Of a stretch of 64,000 nucleotides of DNA, positions 1 to 9,347 are shown one piece after another; within the stretch, counting starts at the first letter, position 1; each line of letters opens with the position of its first letter. Origin of the DNA: an uncultured Piscirickettsiaceae bacterium (lineage in GTDB: Bacteria > Pseudomonadota > Gammaproteobacteria > Thiomicrospirales > Thiomicrospiraceae). The position numbers and the translations under genes are program-made. The DNA is taken from the NCBI GenBank assembly GCA_964471975.1, contig CAYYIL010000006.1, positions 13,034 to 77,033 of the forward strand, given 5' to 3'. The notes below the pieces were generated by a model. The model made no database searches. It saw nothing but the letters and a program-made list of their open reading frames with translations, and had not been told where the DNA came from.

Positions 1-646
1 CCGCCGCCTCGCCCACGAGATCAAGAACCCGCTCACACCCATTCAGCTTTCCGCCGAACGGCTGGCATTCAAGCTCGCCCGCCACCTGCCCGAAAGCGAA
101 CGCAACCTGCTGGAGAAGCTGACCCAGACCATCGTCGAGCAGGTGCAGACCATGCAGGCACTGGTGGACGCCTTTACCGACTATGCCCGCGCACCGCGAC
201 CGGAGAAACAGCCGGTGGACGTCAATGCCCTGCTCGACAGCATGGCCCAGCTCTATCAACGCCCCGGCCTGTCGCTGACGCTCGACGCCGATCCCCGCTG
301 CAGCAGCCTGCACGCCGACCCCAATCGCCTGCGCCAGCTGCTGCACAACCTCATCAAAAATGCCATCGAAGTACAGGAAAATCAGGACACGGCCACCGTC
401 ACCCTGTCCACCCGCTGTGCCGACGGTGCGGTGGTCATCAGCGTGTGCGACCGCGGGCCTGGTCTGCCGCCCGATGCGGCCGGCTGGATCTTTCAGCCCT
501 ATGCCACCGGCAAGCCCAAGGGTACCGGGCTGGGGCTGGCTATTGTCAAGAAAATCGTCGAGGAGCATAATGGAACGATTGAGCTGGCCAGCGGACCGGA
601 CGGCACCTGTTTCCATATTCACCTACCGGGTCAAACGCATACATGA
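1..646 (+). CDS. ntrY: Sensor histidine kinase, C-terminal part (NtrY-like); 5' end outside window
   Basis: The frame is open from base 2 and begins RRLAHEIKNPLTPIQLSAERL (H-box). ORF 143..646 then carries the N box LHNLIKNAIE, G1 DRGPGL and G2 GTGLGLAIV. The stop overlaps the next ATG (ATGA at 643-646). Confidence 0.8.
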   Translation, partial: RRLAHEIKNPLTPIQLSAERLAFKLARHLPESERNLLEKLTQTIVEQVQTMQALVDAFTDYARAPRPEKQPVDVNALLDSMAQLYQRPGLSLTLDADPRCSSLHADPNRLRQLLHNLIKNAIEVQENQDTATVTLSTRCADGAVVISVCDRGPGLPPDAAGWIFQPYATGKPKGTGLGLAIVKKIVEEHNGTIELASGPDGTCFHIHLPGQTHT

Positions 647-1998
647 CATCACCGCGCGGGCACATTCTGGTCGTGGATGACGAGAAGGACATCCGCAGTC
701 TCATGCAGGATATCCTCGAAGATGAAGGCTACGAGGTCACCACGGCAGCCAACGGTGTACAGGCGCGCGACGCCTGGCGCAAGGGCGCGCCCGACGTGGT
801 CTTTCTCGACATCTGGATGCCTGACATCGACGGCATTACCCTGTTGCGGCAGATGAAGGAGGAGGGCCTGCTGGAACACTCCAACGTGGTGATGATTTCC
901 GGGCATGGGACCATCGAAACCGCGGTGGAAGCCACCCGCCTGGGTGCCTGGGACTTTCTGGAAAAGCCGCTGTCGCTCAACAAGCTGCTGGTGGCCACCG
1001 AACGCGCCCTGAAGCACGTACGCCTGCACCGCGCCAGCCGTCAGTTCCGCGCCCAGCAGGACTGGGACAATCAACTGGTGGGCAAGAGCCGCGCCATGCA
1101 GCAGCTGCGCGCCGATGCAGAGCGCCTTGCCCGCTACACCATGCCGGTGCTGGTGCGCGGCGAACGCGGCAGCGGCCGCCACCAGTTTGCCCGCGCAGTG
1201 CATGCCCAGTCGCCCCGGGTCAACCGACCACTTTTAGTGCTGGACGCCCAGGCGCTGAACGCAGACCCGGAGCGCTGGTTTGGCCGCGAAGCCGGTCAGG
1301 ATGTGCGTATTGGCGAGATCGAAAACGCCCGCGGCGGCAGTCTGATCATCAACGACATCGACCGCCTCGACGGCACCCTGCAAAGCACCCTGCTGGACAT
1401 CATCCAGAACGGGCAGTTTCAGCGCATTGGCGGCGACAATCCGGTCAATTTGGACGTGCGCCTGTTTGCCCTCAGCGAGCAGCCGCTGGACGTCGCCGTC
1501 GAGTCGGGGCGCATGCTGCCGCAACTGGCACAGCGCCTGCAGCTGACGGAAATCGTCATGCCGCCGCTGCGGCAGCGGCTGGATGATCTGCCCGAGCTGA
1601 TCGCCTATTTCACCGACCGACTGGCCCGTGAGCAGGGCCTGCCGTGGCGCGAGTTCACCATCGGCGCACAGAATGTGCTGCGCCAGCACACCTGGCCCGG
1701 CAACCTGATCGAACTGCAGAACCTGGTACAGCGACTGCTTCTGCAGGGCGAAGGCCCCATTGACGACACCGAAGTACGCGCCGCGCTGGAAAAACCGGCA
1801 GCGGCGCCGCAACAGGGCAGCATTGATACCCGTCTGCCGCTGAAGGAGGCCCGAGATGCCTTCGAGCGCGACTATCTGCGCCAGCTGCTGCGGGAAACCG
1901 GCGGCAATGTTTCAGAAACCGCGCAACGGGCCGGCGTGGAGCGCACCCATCTCTACCGCAAGCTCAAGCAACTGAACATCGACCCCAAGAACCCATGA
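643..1998 (+). CDS. ntrX: NtrX-like response regulator: receiver + degenerate sigma54-type AAA+ domain + Fis-type HTH
   Basis: Receiver domain: ILVVDDEKDIR...VVFLDIWMPDIDG. The AAA+ core has GERGSGRH in place of Walker A GxxGxGK, LIINDID in place of Walker B, and no GAFTGA. C-terminal HTH: GGNVSETAQRAGVERTHLYRKLK. Translationally coupled to the kinase. Confidence 0.8.
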   Translation: MTSPRGHILVVDDEKDIRSLMQDILEDEGYEVTTAANGVQARDAWRKGAPDVVFLDIWMPDIDGITLLRQMKEEGLLEHSNVVMISGHGTIETAVEATRLGAWDFLEKPLSLNKLLVATERALKHVRLHRASRQFRAQQDWDNQLVGKSRAMQQLRADAERLARYTMPVLVRGERGSGRHQFARAVHAQSPRVNRPLLVLDAQALNADPERWFGREAGQDVRIGEIENARGGSLIINDIDRLDGTLQSTLLDIIQNGQFQRIGGDNPVNLDVRLFALSEQPLDVAVESGRMLPQLAQRLQLTEIVMPPLRQRLDDLPELIAYFTDRLAREQGLPWREFTIGAQNVLRQHTWPGNLIELQNLVQRLLLQGEGPIDDTEVRAALEKPAAAPQQGSIDTRLPLKEARDAFERDYLRQLLRETGGNVSETAQRAGVERTHLYRKLKQLNIDPKNP

Positions 1999-2008
1999 GA
2001 CCCGCACC

Positions 2009-3412
2009 ATGAACATCATCATTCTGGGCGCCGGCCAGGTGGGCAGCTCGCTGGCCGCCCTGCTGTCCAAGGACCCCGACAATGACATCACGCTGGTGGA
2101 TGTGGATACCACCCACCTGCAGAAACTGCAGGACCACCTGGATATCCGCACCATCGCCGGGCACGCGTCTGACCCGGCCATTCTCGAGGAAGCGGGGCTG
2201 GAAATGGCCGACATGCTCATCGCCGTGACCCGCAGCGACGAAACCAATCTGGTGGCGTGCCAGCTGGCCTATCTGCTGCACAAAACCCCCACCAAGATCG
2301 CGCGCATCCGCAACACCGCCTATCTCAACCGCCCCGAACTGTTCGACTACCGCAGCAACCCGGACGCCATGCCGGTGGATGTGCTCATCAGCCCGGAAAA
2401 TCTGGTCACCGAGCATATCCTGCGGCTGGTGCAGTATCCGGGCGCCCTGCAGGTGGTGGACTTCGCCGACGGCAAAGTACGGCTGGTGGCCTACCGCGCC
2501 CACCGCCATGGCAAGCTGGTGGGCAAGACGGTGCAGGAGATCAAGGCCACGCTGCCTCCCGACGTGGAAACCCGCATCGTCGCCATCTACCGCCGCGACG
2601 AGGTGGTGATTCCAAGCGGAGAAACGCGTATTCAGATTGGCGACGAAGTCTTCTTTCTGGCCCGCCCCGAGCAGATCGAAACCATCGCACAGGCGCTGCG
2701 CGGCAGCAAGGCCCCCCGCTCCCGCCACATCATGATTGCCGGCGGCGGCAATATCGGCCTGGCCTTGGCGAAGGCGCTGGAAAAGGAGCACATCGTCAAG
2801 GTGATCGAGCACAATCTCAGCCGTGCCCGCTATCTGGCCGAAGAGCTGGACCAGGCCATCGTGGTGCAGGGAGACATCACCGACAAGGAACTGCTTCTGG
2901 ACGAAAACATCGACGAGGTGGGGCTGTTTATCGCCGTCACCAACCGCGACGAAGCCAACATCATCTCCAGCCTGCTGGCCAAGAAGCTGGGGGTGAAGCG
3001 CGTCATCAGCCTGATCAACAACAACACCTTCATCGACCTGCTGCACCTCAACCAGATCGACGTGGCCATCTCCGCCGACCAGATTACCACCAACCGCCTG
3101 CTGCACTATCTGCGCGCGGGCGACACCGTCCGGGCCGTCACCCTGCGCCGCGGCGCCGCCGAAGCCATGGAGGTGGTGCTGCACGGTTCGGAAAACACCT
3201 CGCAGGTGATCGGCAAGCGCCTGATCGACATCCCCTGGCCGGAAAAGGTGACCGTGGGAGCGATCGTGCGCAACGGCGAAGTCCTGTTCGCACGCAAGGA
3301 TCTGGAACTGGAGGCGGAAGATCACATCATCCTCTTTGCCGCCGATCCGAAGACGGTGGATACAGTCTATGCCCTGTTTGCACCGGAAAAACCCAGAAAA
3401 CGGTGGTTCTGA
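2009..3412 (+). CDS. trkA: Trk potassium uptake system NAD-binding protein TrkA
   Basis: Two Rossmann repeats (MNIIILGAGQVGSSLA and IMIAGGGNIGLALA) in a 467-aa protein with full-length TrkA architecture. Confidence 0.9.
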   Translation: MNIIILGAGQVGSSLAALLSKDPDNDITLVDVDTTHLQKLQDHLDIRTIAGHASDPAILEEAGLEMADMLIAVTRSDETNLVACQLAYLLHKTPTKIARIRNTAYLNRPELFDYRSNPDAMPVDVLISPENLVTEHILRLVQYPGALQVVDFADGKVRLVAYRAHRHGKLVGKTVQEIKATLPPDVETRIVAIYRRDEVVIPSGETRIQIGDEVFFLARPEQIETIAQALRGSKAPRSRHIMIAGGGNIGLALAKALEKEHIVKVIEHNLSRARYLAEELDQAIVVQGDITDKELLLDENIDEVGLFIAVTNRDEANIISSLLAKKLGVKRVISLINNNTFIDLLHLNQIDVAISADQITTNRLLHYLRAGDTVRAVTLRRGAAEAMEVVLHGSENTSQVIGKRLIDIPWPEKVTVGAIVRNGEVLFARKDLELEAEDHIILFAADPKTVDTVYALFAPEKPRKRWF

Positions 3413-4863
3413 TGCACCTGCGCATGATTTTCAAGATCATCGGCATCCTGCTTACGGCCTACAGTATCAGCCTGATCCCGCCACTTGCCGTCGCCCTTCT
3501 CTACGGCGACGGGGCGCTCTACTCCTTTGCCGCCGCGCTGCTGCTCACCGCACTGGTGGGAGGCAGCCTCTGGTATGGCCTGCGCCATGAAAAGGCCGAT
3601 CTGAAAATCAAGGACGGTTTTCTGATCGTCATTCTCTTCTGGACGGTTCTGGGGCTGGTGGGCGCCATTCCCTTTCACTTTGCCTGGCACGTACAGCTGA
3701 GCTGGACGGACGCCATCTTCGAGTCCTTTTCCGGCCTGACCACCACCGGTGCCACCGTCATCAGCGGACTGGACAGCCTGCCCCACGCCATCCTGTGGTA
3801 CCGGCAGCAGCTGCAGTGGCTCGGCGGCATGGGGATCATCGTGCTGGCGGTAGCGGTGCTGCCCATGCTGGGCATCGGTGGCATGCAGCTCTATCGCGCC
3901 GAAACACCTGGCCCCATGAAGGACAGCAAACTGGCGCCACGCATCAGCGAAACCGCACGCACGCTCTGGTTCATCTACCTGTGGCTCACCATCGCCTGTG
4001 CCGTTGCCTACAAACTGGCCGGCATGAACTGGTTCGACGCCATCGGCCACAGCTTTTCCACCGTGGCCATCGGCGGCTTTTCCACCCACGACGCCAGCAT
4101 CGGTTACTTCCACAGCGTGAACGTGGAGGTAATTGCCATGGTGTTCATGTATCTGGCCGGCATCAACTTTTCGCTGCACTTCAGCGCCTGGCGCACCCAC
4201 TCCACACGCCCCTACTGGCACGATCCGGAATTCCGCACCTACACCCTGCTGCTCACCAGCGGCATTGTGGTCAGTACGCTCTACTTGTGGCTGTCCAGCA
4301 CCTATGCCGATCCGTGGCAGGCGCTGCGCTATGCCAGCTTCCAGACCATTTCGCTGGCCACCACCACCGGCTACGCCAGTACCGACTACCTGAGCTGGCC
4401 GGCCTTCGTGCCGGTGCTGCTGGTCATCATGAGCTTTGTTGGCGGCTCGGCTGGTTCCACCGGCGGCGGCATGAAGGTGATCCGCTTTCTGCTGTTGTTC
4501 CGGCAGGGGCTGCGTGAGATCGTGCGCCTGCTCCACCCCAATGCGCTGTTTCCCCTCAAGCTGGCCGGCCGCGTGGTACCGGAGCAGGTCATCAGCGCTG
4601 TGTGGGGCTTCTTCTCCCTCTATGTGTTCATCTTTGCTGCCATTGGCCTGGCCATCATGGCCTTCGGCATCGACGCGGTCACCGCCTTTTCGGCTGCCGC
4701 CGCCACGCTCAACAACCTGGGGCCCGGACTGGGCGATGTGGGCAGCAGCTTCGCCACCATGCCGGATCCGGTAAAATGGATCTCAACCTTCGCCATGCTG
4801 CTGGGACGGCTGGAGCTGTTCACGCTGCTGGTAATCTTTACCCGCGCCTTCTGGCGCAGCTGA
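3412..4863 (+). CDS. trkH: Trk potassium uptake permease TrkH
   Basis: ATG at 3412 overlaps the trkA stop (TGATG). Polytopic membrane protein with repeated pore-loop motifs (GLTTTGAT, TVAIGGFSTHD, TTTGYAS, GGSAGSTGGGMK). The upstream part of ORF 2257..4863 is a spurious Arg/Pro/Gly-rich read-through of trkA. Confidence 0.9.
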   Translation: MHLRMIFKIIGILLTAYSISLIPPLAVALLYGDGALYSFAAALLLTALVGGSLWYGLRHEKADLKIKDGFLIVILFWTVLGLVGAIPFHFAWHVQLSWTDAIFESFSGLTTTGATVISGLDSLPHAILWYRQQLQWLGGMGIIVLAVAVLPMLGIGGMQLYRAETPGPMKDSKLAPRISETARTLWFIYLWLTIACAVAYKLAGMNWFDAIGHSFSTVAIGGFSTHDASIGYFHSVNVEVIAMVFMYLAGINFSLHFSAWRTHSTRPYWHDPEFRTYTLLLTSGIVVSTLYLWLSSTYADPWQALRYASFQTISLATTTGYASTDYLSWPAFVPVLLVIMSFVGGSAGSTGGGMKVIRFLLLFRQGLREIVRLLHPNALFPLKLAGRVVPEQVISAVWGFFSLYVFIFAAIGLAIMAFGIDAVTAFSAAAATLNNLGPGLGDVGSSFATMPDPVKWISTFAMLLGRLELFTLLVIFTRAFWRS

Positions 4864-4869
4864 GGTGCC

Positions 4870-5454
4870 ATGACTGCGAAGCAGGCTAAATGGGATGAAA
4901 AATACGCCGATGCGGCGCTGTCCACACCGGCAGAACCGGCATGGGTGCTGCAGGCTCATACCCGCCTGCTACCGCTGCGTGGACGGGCGCTCGATCTGGC
5001 CGCCGGCCTCGGCGGCAATGCCCGCTATCTGGCCCGCTGCGGCCTGCAGGTGGACGCCTGGGACATCAGCGCCACTGCCGTTGACCTGCTCAATCGCTGG
5101 GCCGCCACCTACAAACTGCCCATTCACGCCCATCAGGTGGACCTGGAACAGTATCCCTGGCCAGAAATACACTACGACGTGGTGGTGGTCAGCCGCTATC
5201 TGGATCGTGAGGCGTTTGACGCCATCAAGGCGCTGGTGAAACCGGGCGGTCGCCTGTTCTATCAGACCTTCCTCGCGCCGGTCCAGCCCAACGGGCCGCG
5301 CAACCCCGACTTCTATCTGCGCAGCGGCGAGCTGGTAGAGGCGTTGCTGCCATGGCGCATTGAAGTGCACGGCGAAGGCTGGCTACCCGACAGCGACGGG
5401 GAGAAACGCCGTTACGCCTGGGCAGTCGCCCGGCACGAGGAGGTGGCGCCATGA
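4870..5454 (+). CDS. Class I SAM-dependent methyltransferase (TehB-like size)
   Basis: Motif I ALDLAAGLGGNARYL, followed by VVVSRYL and KPGGRLFYQTF. 194 aa. Confidence 0.65.
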   Translation: MTAKQAKWDEKYADAALSTPAEPAWVLQAHTRLLPLRGRALDLAAGLGGNARYLARCGLQVDAWDISATAVDLLNRWAATYKLPIHAHQVDLEQYPWPEIHYDVVVVSRYLDREAFDAIKALVKPGGRLFYQTFLAPVQPNGPRNPDFYLRSGELVEALLPWRIEVHGEGWLPDSDGEKRRYAWAVARHEEVAP

Positions 5455-6476
5455 TCACTCTGGCCTGTCTCGATCCTGCCTGCCCCATTGAAACGCCGGC
5501 ATCGCTGGAGCAGTTCGTGGCCTTTGCACGCCAACTCATGGACTTTCAGGACATCGGCTGGTGGTGCATTCACTACGAACTGGATCCGGAGCACTTCTAC
5601 TGCAATGCGGCCATGTGTGAGATGTTCGCTCTTCCCGATGACAGCCTTCGCCATCCCATTGCAACAACCTGCCCGATTGCCGGCGATTTCAACCACCATG
5701 TAGCCGAAGTGGATCGCGCCGTGGCTGACAAGATCCTTGCCGATTACCGAGCGCTGCTCGATGGCGAAACAGAAGCCTATGACAACGTGTTCCCCTTTTC
5801 CGATCCCTGCGGTCATGTGCGCTACTTCCGCTCTCAGGCCCGTGTTCTGCAGCGGGGGAATGACGGCCAGCCGACGCTGATTCACGGCCTGCTCATGGAA
5901 ATCACTGCCGAAGTGGAGCTGCAGCATCAACTGCAGGCGGACAAGCTCCATTTCAAGCGGCTCGCACAACTGGACGGCCTGACGGGACTGTTCAATCGAA
6001 ACACCATGCTGACGCTCTGCGAGGAAGGATTGCAGCAGGCTCGACGTCATGACCGACCGCTGGCTCTGTGGTATCTGGATCTGGACCATTTCAAACAGGT
6101 CAACGATGAAGCAGGCCATGCAGAAGGCGACCGCGTCCTGCGCGATTTCTCCCGCCTGCTCAAGCAGTTCTTCAACCGCCCCGATGATCTGATCGGTCGC
6201 CTGGGGGGTGAAGAGTTTCTCGTCTGTACCCGGGGGCCGGACATGGCCGCGCTGCAGGCCATGAAACAGCGCTTTCAGGCACAGCTCCAGGCCACTGCCA
6301 TTCCCACCGGGCGAGAACAACAGCCTGCCCTGACAGTCAGCGGCGGGATCGTGTGGATGGACCCGCTGCAGATTCACTGCGATCTGGAAACACTGCTGCA
6401 GCAGGCGGACGAACTGCTTTATCAGGCCAAGAAGGAAGGCCGTAACCGTCTCAAGCTGGCGCAGGCCCGCTGTTAA
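5451..6476 (+). CDS. Diguanylate cyclase (N-terminal PAS-like sensor + GGDEF domain)
   Basis: DGLTGLFNR, an active-type RLGGEEFLV with an RPDD I-site 5 residues upstream, and C-terminal LLYQAKKEGRNR. Start overlaps the previous stop (ATGA). Confidence 0.85.
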   Translation: MITLACLDPACPIETPASLEQFVAFARQLMDFQDIGWWCIHYELDPEHFYCNAAMCEMFALPDDSLRHPIATTCPIAGDFNHHVAEVDRAVADKILADYRALLDGETEAYDNVFPFSDPCGHVRYFRSQARVLQRGNDGQPTLIHGLLMEITAEVELQHQLQADKLHFKRLAQLDGLTGLFNRNTMLTLCEEGLQQARRHDRPLALWYLDLDHFKQVNDEAGHAEGDRVLRDFSRLLKQFFNRPDDLIGRLGGEEFLVCTRGPDMAALQAMKQRFQAQLQATAIPTGREQQPALTVSGGIVWMDPLQIHCDLETLLQQADELLYQAKKEGRNRLKLAQARC

Positions 6477-6501
6477 GGCTCCGCCGAAAAAATCGGCTCT
6501 G

Positions 6502-6520
6502 AAAAAAATCGGGGACCCCC
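6502..6520 (-). repeat. Inverted 17/18 copy of the recurrent word (GGGGGTCCCCGATTTTTTT on the minus strand)
   Basis: Read directly. It lies between the convergent stops of the diguanylate cyclase (6476) and priA (6535). One C-to-T difference from the 18-mer found at five other sites. Confidence 0.85.
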
Positions 6521-6534
6521 TCTGACAGCGACAT

Positions 6535-8721
6535 TCAGTACAGGTCCACGGGGTCCACATCCAGCGACCACTGCACTGCCGAAGGAGTCTGTCGCCACAG
6601 TCCGTGCACCAGCCGGTGCAGCACCGCATGCAGCGGCTTGCGGCTCTCGCTCTGCAGCAGCAGCTGCCAGCGCCAGTAGCCCTGTCGCCGTGGCATGGGC
6701 GATGGCACCGGCCCCCAGAGGGCGACTGATCCGTCCGCCACCTGTGGCCAGGTCTGCATCGCATCGCGCAGCTGCATCAGAAAGACCTGCGCCGCCTCAC
6801 TGTGATGGCTGCGCACTCGCAGCAGCGCTTGATGGCTGAACGGCGGCAGCCCGGCCAGCTGGCGCTCCTGCAGCGCGGCCTCGGCGAAGGCCTCATAGCC
6901 TCCATCGGCCAGCGTGCGCAGCAGCGGATGATCGGGCTGATGGGTCTGCAATAGGATCTCACTGGCCTGCGCGCGCCGCCCGGCCCGCCCCGCCACCTGC
7001 ACAATCAGCTGCGCCATGCGCTCCGGCGCATGAAAATCGGGGGAAAACAGCCCCTGGTCCATCTCCAGCAGCCCCACCAGCGACACATTGGCGAAATCAT
7101 GCCCCTTGGCCAGCATCTGCGTCCCCAGCAAAATCATCGGCTCGCCCGCGTGCACCCTGGCCAGCTGTTCATCCAGTGCGCCCTTGCGCCGCGTGGTATC
7201 GCGGTCGATACGCACCACGGGCACCTCCGGAAAGGCCTCCGCCATGGCCGCTTCCAGCCGCTCGGTGCCCTGCCCCACGTGCAGCCAGTTGCCACTGCCA
7301 CACTGTGGGCAGGCAGGTGGGACCGGACGCTGATAATCGCAGTGATGGCAGTGCAGATGCTCGGGGCGCGCATGGTAGGTGAGGTGGGTGTCGCAGGCGG
7401 GGCAGTCGGCCTGCCAGCCACAATCGTGGCACATGAGCACCGGGGCAAAGCCGCGCCGGTTGAGAAACAGCAGCACCTGATGGCCCGCCTGCAGATGACG
7501 CGCCATGGCATGACGCAGCGGCGCCGATACGCCGGCCTCGATGCGTTCACCACGGATGTCCAGCAGTTTGATCCGCGGCAGGGCGCCGCCGCCTACACGT
7601 TCGGGCAGGGTCAGGTGCTGATAGCGCCCCGTCCGGGCATGGTGCAGGGTTTCCAGCGAGGGGGTGGCTGAGCCCAGCACCACGGGAATGCCCAGTTGCT
7701 GTGCTCGCCAGATGGCCATGTCGCGGGCGTGGTAGCGCACGCCCTCCTGCTGCTTGTAGGCGGGATCGTGTTCCTCATCCACGATGATGAGGCCCAGATT
7801 TTGAAAGCGGCTGAACAGTGCAGAGCGGGTACCCAGCGCCACCCGCGCCTGACCGCTGGCCAGCATCCACCAGCCGCAGTGGCGTTCGCTGTCGTTCAGG
7901 CCGGAGTGCAGCGCCACCACCGGCTCGCCCAGCCACTGCTCGAAACGGGCCACCATCTGTGGGGTCAGGGCGATTTCCGGCACTAGCACCAGCGCCTGTC
8001 TACCTGCCGCCAGCACCCGCTCCAGCAGGGCCAGATAGACCGCCGTCTTGCCGCTGCCGGTGACGCCCTGCAGCAGGTGAACACCAAATTGCCCGGTGGA
8101 CACGGCCTCGACCACCGCCTGCTGGACATCGGTCAGCCCATGCTGCTCGGCAGCGGGCACCGTGCGAGCCAGACAGGGCCGCTCCAGTGCTTCCACCCAG
8201 CCTCTCGCCTCGAAATTCCGCAATACCGAGCGCCAGTCGTCATGGATTGCCTTCAACGCCCCGGCATCGGCACGGCCCACCGCTTGTAGATGCGCCAGCA
8301 GCGTGCGCTGCCGCACCGCACGAGCAGGCAACTCCTCCACGGCCTGCTGCCGTCCGGCCTCGGTCAATTGCCACACCGGCAGGCCGGCCACTGCCATGGG
8401 CTTGCCCTGTCGCAACGCGACAGGCAGTGCCAGCTGCATCACCTCGCCCAGTGGCGCATGGTAATAGGCGGCCAGCCGCTGGACGAATGCCAGCAGCGTC
8501 TCATCCAGTACCGGTTCTTCATCCAAGACACGTTCGATCGGCTTGAGCCTGTCCGCAGACAGGGAATCGTCTGCAGGCACATCCAGCACCACGCCAATGA
8601 CCTTGCGCCGCTGCAGGGGGACTTCAACGCGCACGCCCGGTGCCACGGGGCCATCGCTGACATAGGTGAGCGCAAAGGGAAAGGGACCGGGCACGGCCAC
8701 GGCAATACGGTGTGAGGTCAT
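6535..8721 (-). CDS. priA: Primosomal protein N' (replication restart helicase PriA)
   Basis: Walker A GVTGSGKT, DEEHD box, a Cys-rich zinc-binding insert (CHDCGWQADCPACDTHLTYH...CHHCDY...CPQCGS) and helicase C-terminal motifs. 728 aa. Confidence 0.95.
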   Translation of the reverse strand: MTSHRIAVAVPGPFPFALTYVSDGPVAPGVRVEVPLQRRKVIGVVLDVPADDSLSADRLKPIERVLDEEPVLDETLLAFVQRLAAYYHAPLGEVMQLALPVALRQGKPMAVAGLPVWQLTEAGRQQAVEELPARAVRQRTLLAHLQAVGRADAGALKAIHDDWRSVLRNFEARGWVEALERPCLARTVPAAEQHGLTDVQQAVVEAVSTGQFGVHLLQGVTGSGKTAVYLALLERVLAAGRQALVLVPEIALTPQMVARFEQWLGEPVVALHSGLNDSERHCGWWMLASGQARVALGTRSALFSRFQNLGLIIVDEEHDPAYKQQEGVRYHARDMAIWRAQQLGIPVVLGSATPSLETLHHARTGRYQHLTLPERVGGGALPRIKLLDIRGERIEAGVSAPLRHAMARHLQAGHQVLLFLNRRGFAPVLMCHDCGWQADCPACDTHLTYHARPEHLHCHHCDYQRPVPPACPQCGSGNWLHVGQGTERLEAAMAEAFPEVPVVRIDRDTTRRKGALDEQLARVHAGEPMILLGTQMLAKGHDFANVSLVGLLEMDQGLFSPDFHAPERMAQLIVQVAGRAGRRAQASEILLQTHQPDHPLLRTLADGGYEAFAEAALQERQLAGLPPFSHQALLRVRSHHSEAAQVFLMQLRDAMQTWPQVADGSVALWGPVPSPMPRRQGYWRWQLLLQSESRKPLHAVLHRLVHGLWRQTPSAVQWSLDVDPVDLY

Positions 8722-8783
8722 AGCGGCTAAAATAAGCCAACTTGAAAAAATGTCAATCGCCTCAAGCCAGAGAGAAGTCCATC

Positions 8784-9347
8784 ATGCTGATCAACCTCAT
8801 TCGCTGGCACAACCGCCTGCAACAACGGCTGGGCCACGCCGTGGCCTGGCTGACACTGCTGCTGGCACTGCTGACCACGCTGGTGGTGGTGTTACGCTAC
8901 GGTTTCAATACCGGCTCCATTGCGCTGCAGGAAAGTCTCATTTACATCCACGCCACCGCCTTTATGCTGGGCGCGGCCTACACCTGGCTGCGCGACGCCC
9001 ATGTGCGCGTGGACATTTTCTATGCCCGCGCCAGTGAACGCACCCGAGCCTGGATCAATATCGCTGGCATCGTGCTGTTCGTGCTGCCCATGATGGGCTT
9101 CATCCTCTATGCCAGCTGGGATTATGTGGCGGCCAGCTGGGCCATTCACGAGCGCTCCACGGAAGACTCCGGCCTGCCGTATGTGTGGCTGCTGAAGACC
9201 CTGATTCTGATCATGCCGGTGCTGATGCTGCTGCAGGCGCTCAGCTGGCTGGGGCTGTGGTGGCTGACGCTCACGGCACCGGACAAGGCCGCACCGCTGT
9301 GGGCGGAAATTACACCCGAAAAAGATCTGGAACAGGAGGCGGTGTAA
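8784..9347 (+). CDS. TRAP transporter small permease subunit (DctQ family)
   Basis: Four predicted TM helices. ATG at 8784 follows GAGAGAAG; an upstream ATG at 8742 is also possible. The stop overlaps the large-subunit ATG (TAATG). Confidence 0.75.
   Translation: MLINLIRWHNRLQQRLGHAVAWLTLLLALLTTLVVVLRYGFNTGSIALQESLIYIHATAFMLGAAYTWLRDAHVRVDIFYARASERTRAWINIAGIVLFVLPMMGFILYASWDYVAASWAIHERSTEDSGLPYVWLLKTLILIMPVLMLLQALSWLGLWWLTLTAPDKAAPLWAEITPEKDLEQEAV

Noticed and set aside
2257-3411. N-terminal 385 codons of the 868-aa ORF 2257..4863
   Set aside because: This part overlaps trkA in another frame and translates to Arg/Pro/Gly-rich sequence. The TrkH-like membrane protein begins at the ATG at 3412, which is coupled to the trkA stop.
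6497-6526. CAGAG direct repeats flanking the inverted copy of the 18-mer, as a possible target-site duplication
   Set aside because: The left CAGAG overlaps the G-run boundary ambiguously. None of the five other copies has flanking direct repeats, so chance is more likely.
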